NCBI GenBank assembly: GCA_002633005.1
Contig: NMRA01000155.1
Span: forward strand, 365,844-429,843
Reading direction: 5' to 3'
Origin: Phoronis australis
Taxonomy: Eukaryota > Animalia > Phoronida
Length of the DNA stretch: 64,000 nt
Below, one piece after another: positions 24,962-38,460 of this stretch. Position 1 is the first letter of the stretch. Every line of letters starts with the position of its first letter. Under the pieces are notes generated by a model that worked only from the letters and a program-made list of their open reading frames with translations, searched no databases and had not been told where the DNA came from. The position numbers and the translations under genes are program-made.

Positions 24962-26391
24962 ATGAGAACTCTAGTGTTTTGGGTGTCTTGTGCAGTTTTG
25001 TGCGTCGGAGTATTAGGCGTTGACACGGTTGTGAACGTAAAAGGAGGAAAACTGAAAGGCGATTGGTCTCAGACGGATGGAATAACTCGGTTTTTGGGTG
25101 TGCCTTATGCTTTACCACCGGTAGGCGAGCGCAGGTTTGCCCCTCCCCAGATAATACCAAATTGGAACGTGGAGAAGGATTGCACATCATACAAACCCTC
25201 ATGCCCTCAGCCATTGGAGATGTTCAATGATTCGCGGTCAGGTTATTTAAAAGCGTACAACTTTTCTTTTGACCTACCAAAAACCGATGAAGATTGCTTA
25301 TACTTAAACATTTTTGTTCCTGGTGAGGTTCAAGTCAACAAATCTTTGCCAGTCATGGTTCATTTCCAAGATGGTGGCTTCCAGGTTGCAGTTACCGACG
25401 TGTTTGATGGTTCTGGTCTGGCACGGGAAGGTGAAGTGATAGTTGTGACATTCAATTCACGACTTGGTGCTCTTGGTTTCTATGGAGGGCACAATTTAGG
25501 ACTTTGGGACCAGATCAAAGTTTTGAAGTGGATACATCACAACATTGGCGCGTTTGGCGGTGATGCAAACAGAGTAACATTATTTGGAGTTGGCTCGGGT
25601 GCATTTGCCGTTGGTCTCCATGTTCTATCAGCCGAGAGTAGAGGGTTGTTCAAAAGGGCCATATCTCAAGGTACGTCAGCCTACGACATAACCTTAATCA
25701 ACTCAAATCCAGCAACTGCAAATGGTGCGTTCAACAAAGCAGTGAACTGTGAACTCAATGACATGGATGAACAGAAAAAGTGTTTAAGGTCGCTGAAAGT
25801 TGAAGACATTCTTTCTGTACAGGTAAAACTTGGATACCAGTACCTGAATTTCATGCCGGCAGTTGATGGCAAAATACTACAAGACACACCAACCAAGATA
25901 TTGGAAACGATGAAATTCAATGACGTCGACTATATGTTAGGTGTCAACAGCAACGGGGGATCTGCTGGTATTTTTGACTTCTTCCCCCGTCTGAACACGG
26001 GCGCTGACGAAGATTACTTCAGGGCGTTCATAGATGGTGCTGCTTACATGACATCTCCAACAAACTTTGCCGCTTTAAAAGCGGCTCTGTCGTATGAATA
26101 CGCGCCAGTGATGAAAGCAAGTATGGATAGCAAGCAGTGGTTCCAAAAAGTATTGGAATTTTCCAGAGATGGTTACTTAAGTCAGGTCAGAGGAGCCCAG
26201 TTGACACATGCCGGTGCTGGGTTGCACGTTTACGCCTACTATTTTGACCAGTCTCCGCCAGTTTCAGGTGGCGTTTCAGCTAACCTGTTGGGTGTACCCG
26301 CGGGTGTGGAGGAGTTGTTTTTATTTGGAGGTGTACGACATGAGTTCAGTAAACGACTGATGAAAACCTGGGCAAGTTTTGCCAAAACTGG
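24962..26391 (+). CDS. copy 2 exon 1
   Basis: 495-aa ORF; donor GG|GTACGT; 1430 nt as in copy 1. Confidence 0.92.
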
Positions 26392-29221
26392 GTACGTAGG
26401 CCAACAGCAATTTTATTATTACGGTTTACAATTTTCCAAATCCCTATGAGAAATGCGTAAACGGTGCACATGAACTTCTAAGCATATTTCCCTTTTCTGT
26501 ATCCATAGATAATATGAGCTGGAACGGCATAGTTTCTTTTGAGACTAAAAGAAGTTTTCGTAATTGAGTTAATAAACAAATATAATAGAACAGGTCCTTC
26601 TCGAGTGAAATCTGATACAACATGACCATTGCTAAGTTTTCAACGTTGCTATTCGAAAGTAAATCACAACGAATTTCGTTTATTTTGGCTACAAATAGAT
26701 TTATCGTATTTGTGAAATTCGCTTTTGTAACCAACCACTCTTGGTAACACGTTTTAAATGATGACTACATGTACATCAAAATAAACGTGAGACGAAAATG
26801 GCAGTTGATTAAAACTTTGGTTTTCAGAATGCCAGTTTTGGAACTTGGAGATGGCACTACTTTGGACTGGCCTAACTTCAACGCGACTCACCAAAAAACA
26901 GCCCTTCTGCGAGCTGACGTTACCAAGAAAAATGCTGTGATGGATTCGTTGCCAGGAGATTTGGAAAGGAAAATTTCTTTTTGGATTGAACTGCTGCCCA
27001 GAATTGCAACTGAAAACGACGAGTGCCGAAACGACACATCTTCTTCTATGGAGAACGAACACCCAATCGTTCGCCTTAAACAAGGTCATGTTCTTGGACG
27101 TCTCAGAATGGCTGCAGGTAATTTTGTGAAAATAATATGCTTTGCTTACTCAGTAGGCGTGCCTTGATTGCCTGCAAATGAGTTAGCCGCCCATTGGTAC
27201 ATTGTTTGCTCTCAGTCAGCGGAGAGTCGAGTTGCGTAATAGCGATTTTAGCGGGACTGTAACATGCCATTGTGTACTGACGCCATTTTTGAAAACCCAA
27301 GGTGGCCGCCAAGATGTCAACCAAAAATGAAATCAATTATTTTCTGATTAGTCATTCCATGGGGTTTCCAAAAATGTATAGCTTCCACTTTCCCCCAATG
27401 TCAAAATTTGCGAATAGTGAACTTTAGCTCTAGCCTGACGACACACTCACTGCATGCATCTGCATATTTGAGATGAGGAACTAAAATAATTTTTGAAATG
27501 ACATGTTGGGTAAATTTGACGACATCATCATTAAGTGGACAGGTCTATATATTTGTGTACTTCAGGGAACCACTTTCCATTCGAAGAATACCTGGACATC
27601 CCATATTCAGCGCCACCTGTGGGAGACTTACGATTTCATCCTCCAAGGCCCCATCAAGGTTGGAAAGGCATTCTAAACAGAACAAGAGAGACCACTGGGG
27701 TCAAGATTTGTCCTCAGACTATCTTGGCACTCATGCCCGTGCTTCCTTTTGAGGTCATGGAGGAAGATTGTCTGACATTAGACATTTACGTTCCATACGG
27801 AGTTTCAAAAGTCAGGTATGTTGGTCTACAGGCCTGGGTCTGCTACCTTTTGCTATGCTTTACTACATTCTATAGTGTGAATGTTACAAAACTTCAAATA
27901 AATGTCCGAAATTACAGAGAACTTTTAAAACTGCAGTGAAAATAATAAATGGCTTTATCTTCGAATAATGTTTATCGTTTTGATATAAAAGGCCAGTTGC
28001 TACTTGCGTCGTGTTTTCTGCCATTCAACCATAGTCTTAAATATTGTCAAAAACAATGAAATATTGGTTGGCAGACCAGTCGTGACGTAACTGCTGTTGG
28101 TTAAGCAAGTGAATAGAATATTGGGCGACAGTGATAACATAATTAATCATTTTTCGTTATTTTGACATCCCTCTTAAGGAAAGATGTCAAAATATCTTGA
28201 TCATTAATGGACAATCTCTGCACTACATTAAAATGGAGAAACATGTGTAGAGTATTCTGCACTAGGTTACAGTAAGGACATCTATCGGAGTTAACAATCT
28301 TCTTCTTGTACAACAAAGAGTTAGTATATACGCTAATGTATATAGATTACTACATGAAGAAGTCGTTATCCCCCGTTATCTAGAGCCCGAGTGGATTTTG
28401 GAGAATTATCGCCCGAGGGGCGTTACACAACAACATTTACTTTAAAGATTTAATGCTTGGATCAAGAAAAAGTGCAAAAGCCATGGAATAAATTTGTTTA
28501 ATATCTTGTTTTGAGTAATGCTGCAACAAATTTTCATAGTTTTTGCAATACTTCTGTCACAAAATATTTTAGATTTTTCTTTTGCAATTTTATTGTAATT
28601 TAGGCAATTTTTATTGTTGCAAGCAACTAATCGCTGAACACGTTGATCAGTTCTTCCTAGATAAAATAATACTTATTGAATTAAGTCTCATGATTTAAAA
28701 ATCTCTTAATTTATAATTTGCCTTAAGCACCTCCCACGATAACAGAATATGTTCACCATCAAATATCATTGACGAAACGTAACTCATTATTAACAAAATA
28801 TTTATAATATAGTGACTTATTAAGTGTGAATTCTCTGTTATTCCATATAATCTGGTCACAAACAGTCACATCTTTAAACACATTGTGATTCAACTGCGCA
28901 TGCACCGACAAATTTCTCTATAAAAATCATTTGTTAGCGTTTTTAACAGTTGTTTGCTTTAAAATTACACGACCATAACAGTTCACCATAACTGAGAATC
29001 GTTATGAAAATTGGTAAATGTGTTCCTCCTGTCAAGATCATGACTGACAGTTTTTGAATAGTTTGACAACTGTGGCGCCATGTTGTGACACTTTGCTTCT
29101 TCCCATCTGCAGCTGTTACTCCCTGCGAGATCTGTGAAATTTGGCAAGTGTATTTTTAATTTTTTTAAACATTTTATCTCTAAATACACTATGATTTACA
29201 ACAGTGAGTTATATGCAAGCG

Positions 29222-29297
<76 letters not shown>

Positions 29298-32200
29298 GCA
29301 CAAATCTAAATAATACAACTTTACGGTTGATCTAATCTAAATAAGTATTGAGGGTTTATCGAAAGGCATTGTATTTCTATGAACGTGACAATAGTAGGCT
29401 ACGTTTGGACGCACATGTCTGTGTCCTCAGTGCCAGTTTTAATTTTTTACGGTCTTGGCAGATGTGTACCTACATGTATTAAGGAGAGCATTGCTGACTT
29501 GATATGCACCCCTAGACGCTATTTTAAATATACTAGCATTACTCCATCTATGCGCTATACGCGATGTACAAGGTGGGCGCACATCAACGCTACGCGTTGC
29601 TCTTGTTAAGTGAAGGTATTAAAATATACTGTATGGCTGATCTAGCTTTCGGAAAGCAAACCAGATAAACGAATCGACAAATGCAAGGTAAGAACGATAT
29701 ATCACGCCTCGTCCAGATTATCAACTTTCTAATATCAGAATTGTACAATTAGCATAGAAATGGAGAATTTCGAAATAACGTTCTTTTAAAATAGTGATTG
29801 CGGTAAGTATTGCACAATCAGAGAGGGCGTTGTAAATATATCGGGATCTGGCATAAACTGGTTTGTTAGATTTAATCAGTCATATTTCATGGTTTTCAAG
29901 TTTAGACTGTAAATAAATGTATGAAACAGGCGCACGACTTTCAACAGAATGCACGCTTATTTGTTAGATTGATGTTGAGTATTTTGTGAAGTGTTATTAA
30001 GTACTCAAAGGCAGTTCATGCATTCCGTCAATAGGTACAGACAATTGCCCGTAATGGTTTTCATACACGGAGGAGCTTACGTCTATGGTTCTAAGAATTC
30101 ATATTTTGGCAACGGCTTGGTCCAGAGAGAAGTCATTTTGGTCGTGATAAACTATCGACTCGGTGCGCTTGGCTTTTTGGCTACTGGTATGTATGATCCG
30201 TGTTTTAGGCTTAAAAGCATAACTCTCTTAGTACGTACACTTCCCAGTTACTAGAAATGCCAGTTGAAACGAAATTCCCAACCAGTATCCATTTTTATGA
30301 CAAGTTTTGTTTTCAAATGTGAATACCGGAAACTAAGTTAAATACATACTAAAGTTTTAGTGATTTTACCCAAAACTACTTTCGTCGCCTACTGTATACT
30401 TAGTAGGCTACGACCCAGGTCTGAGAGCTGAAAATTATTCATCTAAAGCTCTGTTATCACTGTCACAAAATGGATTCGGTGGTTTTTATTACTGTATTAC
30501 ATGTTACTAGCCCGAAGTGTCAATGACGCTTTCAGATTCAGCAGATTTTGTAAGGAATTGTCGAACTTGAATCAAACTTTTGGGGATTGGCGAATGTCTA
30601 AAGAGTGTTACTTTGCTCAATGATTTAATAAATATTCAAGTTTAGTAAGTATCTAAAGTGCTCGTTACTCATCACCAGGTTAATCAACGACACAACGTTT
30701 GAAAATGAGTTTTGTTTTCAACTTTAAGGCGTTGATGAGTAAATCACAGCTTAAACTGGTGGTTATAAACCTGCCTTCCTTGTAAAATTCCACCACAAAC
30801 TGGTTTCTTAGACTGGAGGCTAATTCAGGACCTCGAAAGAGCAGACAGTTTGTTGATGCTTGAGATCTGCACTACAAGTCGGCTCATCATTTAATGCGCC
30901 GTGCACCGATCTCAACGAATAACGAATTGGCAGTTCTTTGCAAAACCCCGAATTTACTTCTCACCTGAACGAGTTGGAACCGATTTTATACAGATTTGAG
31001 GTTTTTAAATTTAAACATCAACAGTTCGCTTCTAGCCACTTTAACACATTTGGTTTAAGTCCTCCCCAGGTCGCACTGTTTCTTAACAGTCGTATGTACT
31101 GTCTGCATTTTTTTCTAATTGTAGCAACCAATTTCCATCTATAGGAATATTGTGAGTCCAGTTTCGTAGACTTAAAGGGCCTTTTTCTGATTTTAGTGCT
31201 TCGGCTGTAAGTTGTTAGGAAATGAGTTTTTTAAAGTCTTAAAAGGCTTTTGAATTTCTGGTGGTGCACTAACAAAATGGCTGCCGGTATGATCAACTGA
31301 ACCTTAGTAAAGGCCAATTTTTGTAATAGTCTCGGAAATAAGCGATTTCGGCGTGGAGTTTATTGAATTAAATTAAAACTTTCTAGTGTCTGACAGAAGT
31401 CGGTTGAATTTCGCAGGTTTGCGTTTTTATCGAAACTTAAAACAGATACAGAGTCTGACTTAAAATCATAACGCATGAATTACAGTTATTGCTTTGCCCT
31501 TTTTTCTGTTTGCCCTGTTCACAAAATTGTAGAAAGTCGGAAAATTTATTTCTCCTTCAGGAAATCGTCGTCGGATAAAATTGTCCGAGTGGGTGACGTT
31601 TAGTGGAACTTGGAAAATTCATATCAATGAACAAAAATACATGCGTTGTCACCTTGTAATTGTTTTATTTTACGATGTTTGTGAAACATACTTTAAATTG
31701 GTGACAACAAGGGCTTCGCTACTTATACTCTAATGTGTGCTGACTAGTTACAAACGTTTTAAAAACTGAAAACAAGCTGATGAAATGAAATTGGTGATTT
31801 ATACTTGACAAGCAAAATTATTTCGCCATTATATTCTTTGCAGGAGACAAGGCGTCAATAGGTAATTACGGTCTCATGGATCAACATTTGGCTCTTAAGT
31901 GGGTGAAGGAAAACATAGGGCACTTTGGAGGTGATCCTGGTGAAGTAACTATCTTTGGAGAATCCGCTGGAGCCGGAAGCGTTATGTTCCAAGTCATAGC
32001 ACCCTTCAATAGAGGGCTTTTTAAACGAGCTATTGCTGAGAGCGGCGCCACTGAGTGCCCATGGTCACTTGTCACAAACGAAACAGCTCTTGCAAACGCG
32101 AAACGAATGGCGGAAAAGGTAAACTGCTCCTCGACAAACACCCACATGATGGTTAATTGCCTGAAACGAATCGACGCCATGGATGTCATTAATGCTGGGG

Positions 32201-35200
32201 GGGATTTCATGAGTCCTATCAGTATGAATCCTGTTATAGATGGGCATTTCATTCCGAAATTACCGGAGCAGATGTATAAAGATGGTGTAGCTCGAAATAT
32301 CACTGTTATGATGGGACGTACGAGGCATGAGGGTTACGGGTCTCTTGACTATCCAGAACTGACACTTGCTGAAGTTAGAATGGAAGAGAAAAGCCCATCT
32401 TTGGCCAAAGCTGTTGATTTCTACTACCGTGATCTCATAAAAGCTGTTCAGAATGGGCTTAAAGACAGGAAGGACAAACTACAGCTGGTTGACCTAGGAA
32501 CTGATTATCAGTTTTCATATGGTATCGAAAAAGAAGCGAATCTTCACGTTAGGTAAGAATACTGTGTTTAACCTTCTACTTCATTTTCATGCGCCAATCA
32601 TATTTATATGTAAGTGCATATTGTAGTCATCTCTTTCTGGGCGTCCTTCGTCCGGCGTCCGTTATTGTATTTGGTAGTTGCTTTTTATTAAGGAGATAAC
32701 GATGACATAAATTCGATGTATTTTTGCACCACCTAGTGGCTTTTTTGGCATTTTCCTCTCTCTCCGTCGAATTGTTTAAAGGATCATTTAAAAAAACTTG
32801 ACGGATTTGTTCCTGATGAGGAGACCGTGGCTGACGTTTAGTTTTTCTACTAATGTGACACTGTGGCGTCTCCTGGTTCTGATTTTGTCTTTTTGCGTCC
32901 TCAACTGTATCTCCTTACTCCTGTGAAGGATCTTTGTGAAATTTTGCAAGTGTTATACTATAAATGTAACCATGACTGCCTATTACTTTTGGACGTTTCT
33001 AATTAATGCTATACACCCTAGAGACAATTTTAGTTTTTACGCTTGCCTCTGTACCTTCAGTGTTCTTTGACGATTTTAATTAAATTTGGCAAACAAGTTT
33101 CTGTTATGATAGGAATAGAGGGAGGGATTTAAGATATTGTGCGGCACCTAGTGGCCATTTTTGTATTATTTTCGAGTCGTCTGCCTTTGTATTCGGTAAA
33201 CTGCTCAGAGGATAATTACGAACATTGGTACGTGCGTTCCTGCTGGCAAGAGCACGACTAGCATGCATTTTCAGATGGGTTCAACTACTTTGGTGCCCCT
33301 TAGTGACATTTTTGGTATCTGTAGCTGCATCTCCTGAATCCCTTGCAACATCTTTTGGAAGTGTGGCAAGTTTACTCCTACGTTTGGTATATACTGTGCC
33401 ATTTAGTGGCCATTTTTATAAATAATAAACACCACTAGAAGCATGTGTTGCGCCCATGTTGCTCTTGTTTATTGCTGTACAGTAAATGTATCACAATTTC
33501 TAATCGCTAGCTAAAGGAACTCGTTGATCCGGAGCACATCATTTATTTTACTTAACAACAGCTAACCGAAGCAGTAAGTAAGCGTTCCTTTCATCAAGCT
33601 GCGATAGCAGAAACCATTATGATCATGGCACCAATTATCCCCCGGGACAACTGCCCCCCAGGTTCGGGTACAAACTATGGAAAATTCTGGTGAAGCATTA
33701 AAACATTCTTGCAGCTCAGCATCTAATGGAAAATGGTATCGAAGGCGAAATAGTTATACAAGACTTAGATTAAACAGGGAACTTCAGTGTGTCAACTATT
33801 CTAGGTGGAAGTATACCGGTCCAATAATCCAATAAAATCACACTTCATTATCATAAGAGTACCACAGCATCTTGCTTCAATTCAGACAGCGATACTTCCT
33901 GCACAGCATCATAACATGCGGCCCAAACGACCAAGAAATTGAAAATATTGTAAGATCCATAGTGTCATAGTGGTTAGTAAGTTTTGATGTTTTCACTTGA
34001 CGAATCCCAAGATTTTTTCTTTTGATAATCGTTATTAGGAAAACAATATTTACGAAACGACAAATTTATGTGTGATACTACCTGCTGTGTGGATAAGATT
34101 GTCAGATATGATTTTTAATTTAGATTGTCTCTAAGTTTTACCGATGCAGTATTGATAGTGGTAAATGAGGATTTCTTTGGGATTTTTTAAATACAAATTT
34201 AACGCTAAGCCCTATACCATTGGAAAGTCAAAAATATCACGTTAACACGCCGAAGTTCTCAAAATTTCTTTGGAGAGGCTCCCGCAAACCCTTGTGAGAT
34301 ACCTCGACTTCCAATGTCGGCTGATGATGGTCAGGCATTTGTGCGCATACGTTCTGAACTCACCGAAACATTTCTCACTGAAGAGTAGAGATTATTTCAA
34401 AGAAAATGCAACTCAATATGCAGAAACCTACCATGTTTGACATGACTAAACGTGTAGTTCCAATGCTTTCAGATTTGCATGTCACAAATGATTCTTGCCC
34501 ATACAAACAAATCTTTTAGATTATAAGTAGTTTAATGAATTTTGCCGGTTGAAACTAATAAAATCGACTACATAGATGATTTTTGTCCACCCGAAGTAAT
34601 CACTGACGTATCTAGGATTTTGCGTCTGGGGGCAGTGGCGGATCTAGGATGTCATAAGGGGGGCCCAACATGTTGCATCGGAGAATTGGGAAAAGCGCGA
34701 TTGCACGTGCACAGGCCTGAAAGTTGCAGGTGCTGGTGATGTAGGACCTTCTGTTCAGAAAATCTATCGGTGGACTAAAAAAGAACGGGGAGACGGTTCC
34801 TCTGGAGTCTGCCCCCCCCCCTCTCCATCCACAACCGGCTGAACTCAATATTTCTTCACGCTGTTGCTGTTTCATTTTGCTTGCGGCAACAAGGGGGGGT
34901 GGCGGACCCCCTGGGCCCCTGCCCCCTAAATCCGTCTATGGCTAACGCTTTAGGAAATCTATGATTATGAGCATTTTGACACAAGTTGATGAAATTCCGA
35001 TAACCTATATTATTTGAGCTCAAACAGCAATAACTATATTCATGTGCATACACGCCGGGAATTATTCTTGTGCTTGACCGAGTGAATGTTTTGTTTTGTC
35101 TTTTGTTTCAGCAACGGAGGAAAGTTGTATAGGTTCCTGTTCAATTTCCACGCTGGCGTCTTCTACTTTTATAATTCCTCCACCCCAGACTTCATATACG

Positions 35201-36145
35201 GAGCTCACGGTGAAGAGTTGGCGTACGTCTTCGGCAACGCGTGTGTACGCATGCCAGAGCTTGATTTAGTGGTGAAACGTGCCAAAGTGACTCAAAGCGA
35301 TATCACCATGTGCCACGCAATGATGGACATGTGGACTAACTTCGCCTACACGGGGTAAGTTGCCTATAAGAGTTAAAGTGCTGTAATCCTGCATTTGGTC
35401 AAAATGTACTCTTGCTTTGGCCAACTAACCATCATACAACTGACCTTGATTTGCTCCGTAGTCAAATTAGAAGTGATTTCTTGACTTGGAAAGAACTGAC
35501 AGATCGCTATCGCTCGAGACCTTGCACGCCGGTTAGAGTGACCGACCGTGTCGAGCCAATTTGCGTGTTGTTGAAAATGAACAATTATTCTATATTTTAT
35601 CAAACTTTAAAACCGACACTGTGATTCTCAAGACAGGCCCGTAGGAAGCCAAAAATTATTGGGAGGGCACAAACCATTGAGACTTCGCCAAACTATCCCC
35701 ACCCCTCCATCGCCATCACCTCCGCCTTTCAGAACGTTAACTGGAAAACAACATTTTCTTCATCTGTTTTTTGTCAACACAATTCACTTGTGCAAACTCT
35801 CGTATGCATCCTACCAACCACACATGTACCTGATAAACTTAAGAATGAAATTCTTGGATTAAGTAATTAAACATTTGTCCAATGTTTGTATATTTCAGCC
35901 ACCCATTAATGGGCAGACGACATTTCAATTTGAATTGGCCTCAATACAAAATGGATACACCATACATCTTCAATATCAACGAGAACATCACTATGTCATC
36001 TGGTAACGACTTGATAGTTACCCCTCATGGCAATCCAGAGCTGTTCCGTCCCAAGAAGGTTGCGTTTTGGGAAAAATTGGCTCCTGAGCTCAGGAAAATC
36101 GACATGCCCAAGTTGTGCAATGCGCCAACTACTCCGACGCCTTAG
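24962..36145 (+). CDS. Tandem two-domain carboxylesterase-like protein, copy 2, ~1106 aa, 7 coding exons
   Basis: join(24962..26391,26828..27117,27566..27815,30035..30186,31844..32552,35112..35354,35899..36145) = 3321 nt in frame; same intron phases as copy 1; domain 1 GVGSG, domain 2 HGGAY/GESAG/HEG/HGEE. Confidence 0.9.
26828..27117 (+). CDS. copy 2 exon 2
   Basis: TTTTCAG| ... G|GTAATT; 290 nt. Confidence 0.88.
27566..27815 (+). CDS. copy 2 exon 3
   Basis: CTTCAG| ... AG|GTATGT; 250 nt (3 codons longer than copy 1). Confidence 0.9.
28730..29075 (-). mobile_element. Degenerate L1/Tx1-like LINE fragment (homologous to 53878..54245)
   Basis: Nucleotide similarity to the copy 3 intron 3 fragment encoding FYREIL...QMIWHNRDI. 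Confidence 0.5.
29224..29293. repeat. (AC)n microsatellite, ~35 units
   Basis: Direct observation. Confidence 0.97.
30035..30186 (+). CDS. copy 2 exon 4 (HGGAY)
   Basis: AATAG|GTACAG ... G|GTATGT; 152 nt. Confidence 0.88.
31844..32552 (+). CDS. copy 2 exon 5 (GESAG)
   Basis: TTTGCAG| ... AG|GTAAGA; 709 nt. Confidence 0.92.
32620..33470 (+). mobile_element. HINE/DINE-like element with degenerate internal repeats (family C)
   Basis: GTCC/CGTCC start, recurrent AAATTTGGCA and C(A/C)CCTAGTGG units, 3' end GTTGCTCTTGTTT; related pieces at 17157-17500 (-), 29370-29607, 50015-50430, 54250-54577, 57670-58110. Confidence 0.55.
34633..34940. mobile_element. hAT-like MITE (CAGTGGCGGATCTAGG...CCCCTAAATCCGTCTATG)
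   Basis: TIRs like those of the 13721 element; G-rich and C-rich subterminal tracts. Confidence 0.65.
35112..35354 (+). CDS. copy 2 exon 6 (HGEE)
   Basis: TTTCAG| ... GG|GTAAGT; 243 nt. Confidence 0.9.
35899..36145 (+). CDS. copy 2 exon 7
   Basis: TTTCAG|; ends LCNAPTTPTP*. Confidence 0.88.
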
Positions 36146-36149
36146 TTGA

Positions 36150-38460
36150 GATTACTGCAAGGCCTTACTAACTAGTCAGGGTGTTTAGACAAGTATCTAC
36201 ACTACTGCAGAATTTAACTTGGTAAAACTATATATATTCAGAAAATCGGAAGCCAGGAAAATGTCTCTTTAGTAAAATTAAGCAAAAAAGAAAAGCACCT
36301 ACCATGAAAAACAACGGTATCAAAAGTACGGCCAAATTTCGCTTGATGTAAATGTTTAGGAAGAAATTTCCAACGCGCTGTCTCTTCGTTTTTGTTTAAT
36401 GCATTTTTTGATTTTTCTTTCATTTTTTCCTTAAGAACAGTATGTCTTATTTTCTATAGCGAGTCATGCAAAAGTGGTACGTTTCAAAAACCAGTCTTAA
36501 CACGCTTTTGGAGAACATTGCATCTGAACGCTTTATGTGGATCCCATCAGTCATTTTGGAGATGTTCCAAGTCTGGACATTTTCGAGGCTCCTGTATAGA
36601 CTTAAAGCGTTCTATGCAAGAAGTGAACTTTTGGTCTCGAATTGTGCCTTACTCAAATGGGAAACGATTTCTGGGTTTGCAAAACTCTAACAGTTTGTTA
36701 TCGCTTAACACAATGCTCGGTGCACAAAATGGCACGGCGTGACAAAGAAACACTTGTAGAGCATAGTCTAAAGCATTAATGAACTATGTGTTTTTCTCAA
36801 AGTCCCGAAATCACCTCGAATTTGAATAGGGAAAATTTGTGACCAGCTTCATACTGATAAATAGTCGGTTTATAGCCGCTTTAAATCAAAGCGATGCCGT
36901 TTCATTTGAGCTCCAACTACACTACCTGGAATTTTTGCTAAAATTCCAAACACATGCCAGTGGGCGTGCTTTCGGAGTCATTATGTACAGCTGTAATATT
37001 TGTAGGGTTTCCGAAACTGGGCATTTTCAGCAATCGTCGAACAAAGACAATGTTTTGTGTGAAGCAGGACATTGTGTATTTCTGCACGTTTTGTCTTATC
37101 CACAAAATAAATTTCAAAGTGCAAATTTTGACATGTTTAGCTGATTGGCTAAACATTGAAAACTGGTCGCAAACGATGATATATGATTCCATTCCTGTAG
37201 CCAACAACACCTGATCATTATCGTCTCAAGATATGATTCAAACTTTATTGTGTAAGCTAACCCTAAAATTGCAAAAATTGAAAATGGAGCACGTCTCATT
37301 CGACAATTCCAGTCCGAGTTAGTGCTGTAATGCTTTTAAACCACAAAGTCTTTCAGTTAAGAATTGAGCATTTCGTTTTTAGCCATCTGAACAGAGCAAA
37401 ATGCTGCTTTAACTGAAAGTAACGTTAGTGAAAGCAATTTCTTCTTCGTTGCACGTCAATGACGAATATTTGTTACACCTGCAGTGTGATGTACGTCTCA
37501 GGGTTTAGCATCAGATTTGCCTCTTACTATACTACACATGTGCACCCGTGTCTGAGCCCACAGCATATTCGTCTTGTAGACAGTGATTTCTTTTAAGAAT
37601 AAATGAAATGATTTGAACAAGCATGACACAGTGGTTTCTTCTATTATTATAACCCAATATTCACAATAACAGCATTCTTATACGTTTTGTAAAGCTTTCC
37701 AATTGACAAATACATTTTTAGTCACGCAACAAAATTTTAACGTTGTATAATTTGTGAGTATTCAAACATTGTGTGATGGAAATTCTGAACAGAAATACTC
37801 GTATACCACCAAAGAATGTTTCTTACTATGCCGAGAATTTTTAAGAAAAGGACATGTGCCTAAATTTTCGTTATTTTTGTATCGGTGTAAACAACGTAGA
37901 TTACAATAAAGTGTAAATTTCAATGATATCCAGTCATTTTGGCAATACACGCTCGCACCCAGCCAAAAAAATTGGGTGGACTCGAATTTTTGGAAATGTG
38001 GACTTTTTACTAAAAAACGGGGTACGTCCAGCGCTATGAATTGTGCATCTGCCTTTTTGTCTCGTTTTTCTACTTTTTCGGATTTTTTGTTTCTCTGAGG
38101 CGAATCTTTTTGCCCACTTCGTCAAATGGGGCTCGTTCAAGCCNNNNNNNNNNNNNNNCCCCCCCCCCCCCCCATTGCAATACGACGATAGGTATTGCCA
38201 CGCTCATTCGACACACGTAGTCGACGTACATATGCAGAAATGCACACGATAACGTCATACCGACAAACTTTGCATCAAACGATCTTGGACATTTCCAGTT
38301 CATTTCACTTGTACTTGCGTCAATCAGGCTTTATCATTTAAAATGAACTTCGGACTGCCGATGGGAAAACTTGTACATTGGAATAGAAATAGGGTGGACG
38401 GGCCTTACACACACCTAATGTGTAGGGTGGACATGAAATCAAAAAGATGAGGTTAGGGTG
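36150..38460 (+). repeat. 3' flank segment duplicated with the gene (homologous to 60300..62475)
   Basis: Collinear blocks, e.g. CTACCATGAAAAACAACGGTATCAAAAG, AATCACCTCGAATTTGAAT, GGACTGCCGATGGGAA, AAATAGGGTGGAC in both flanks. Confidence 0.85.
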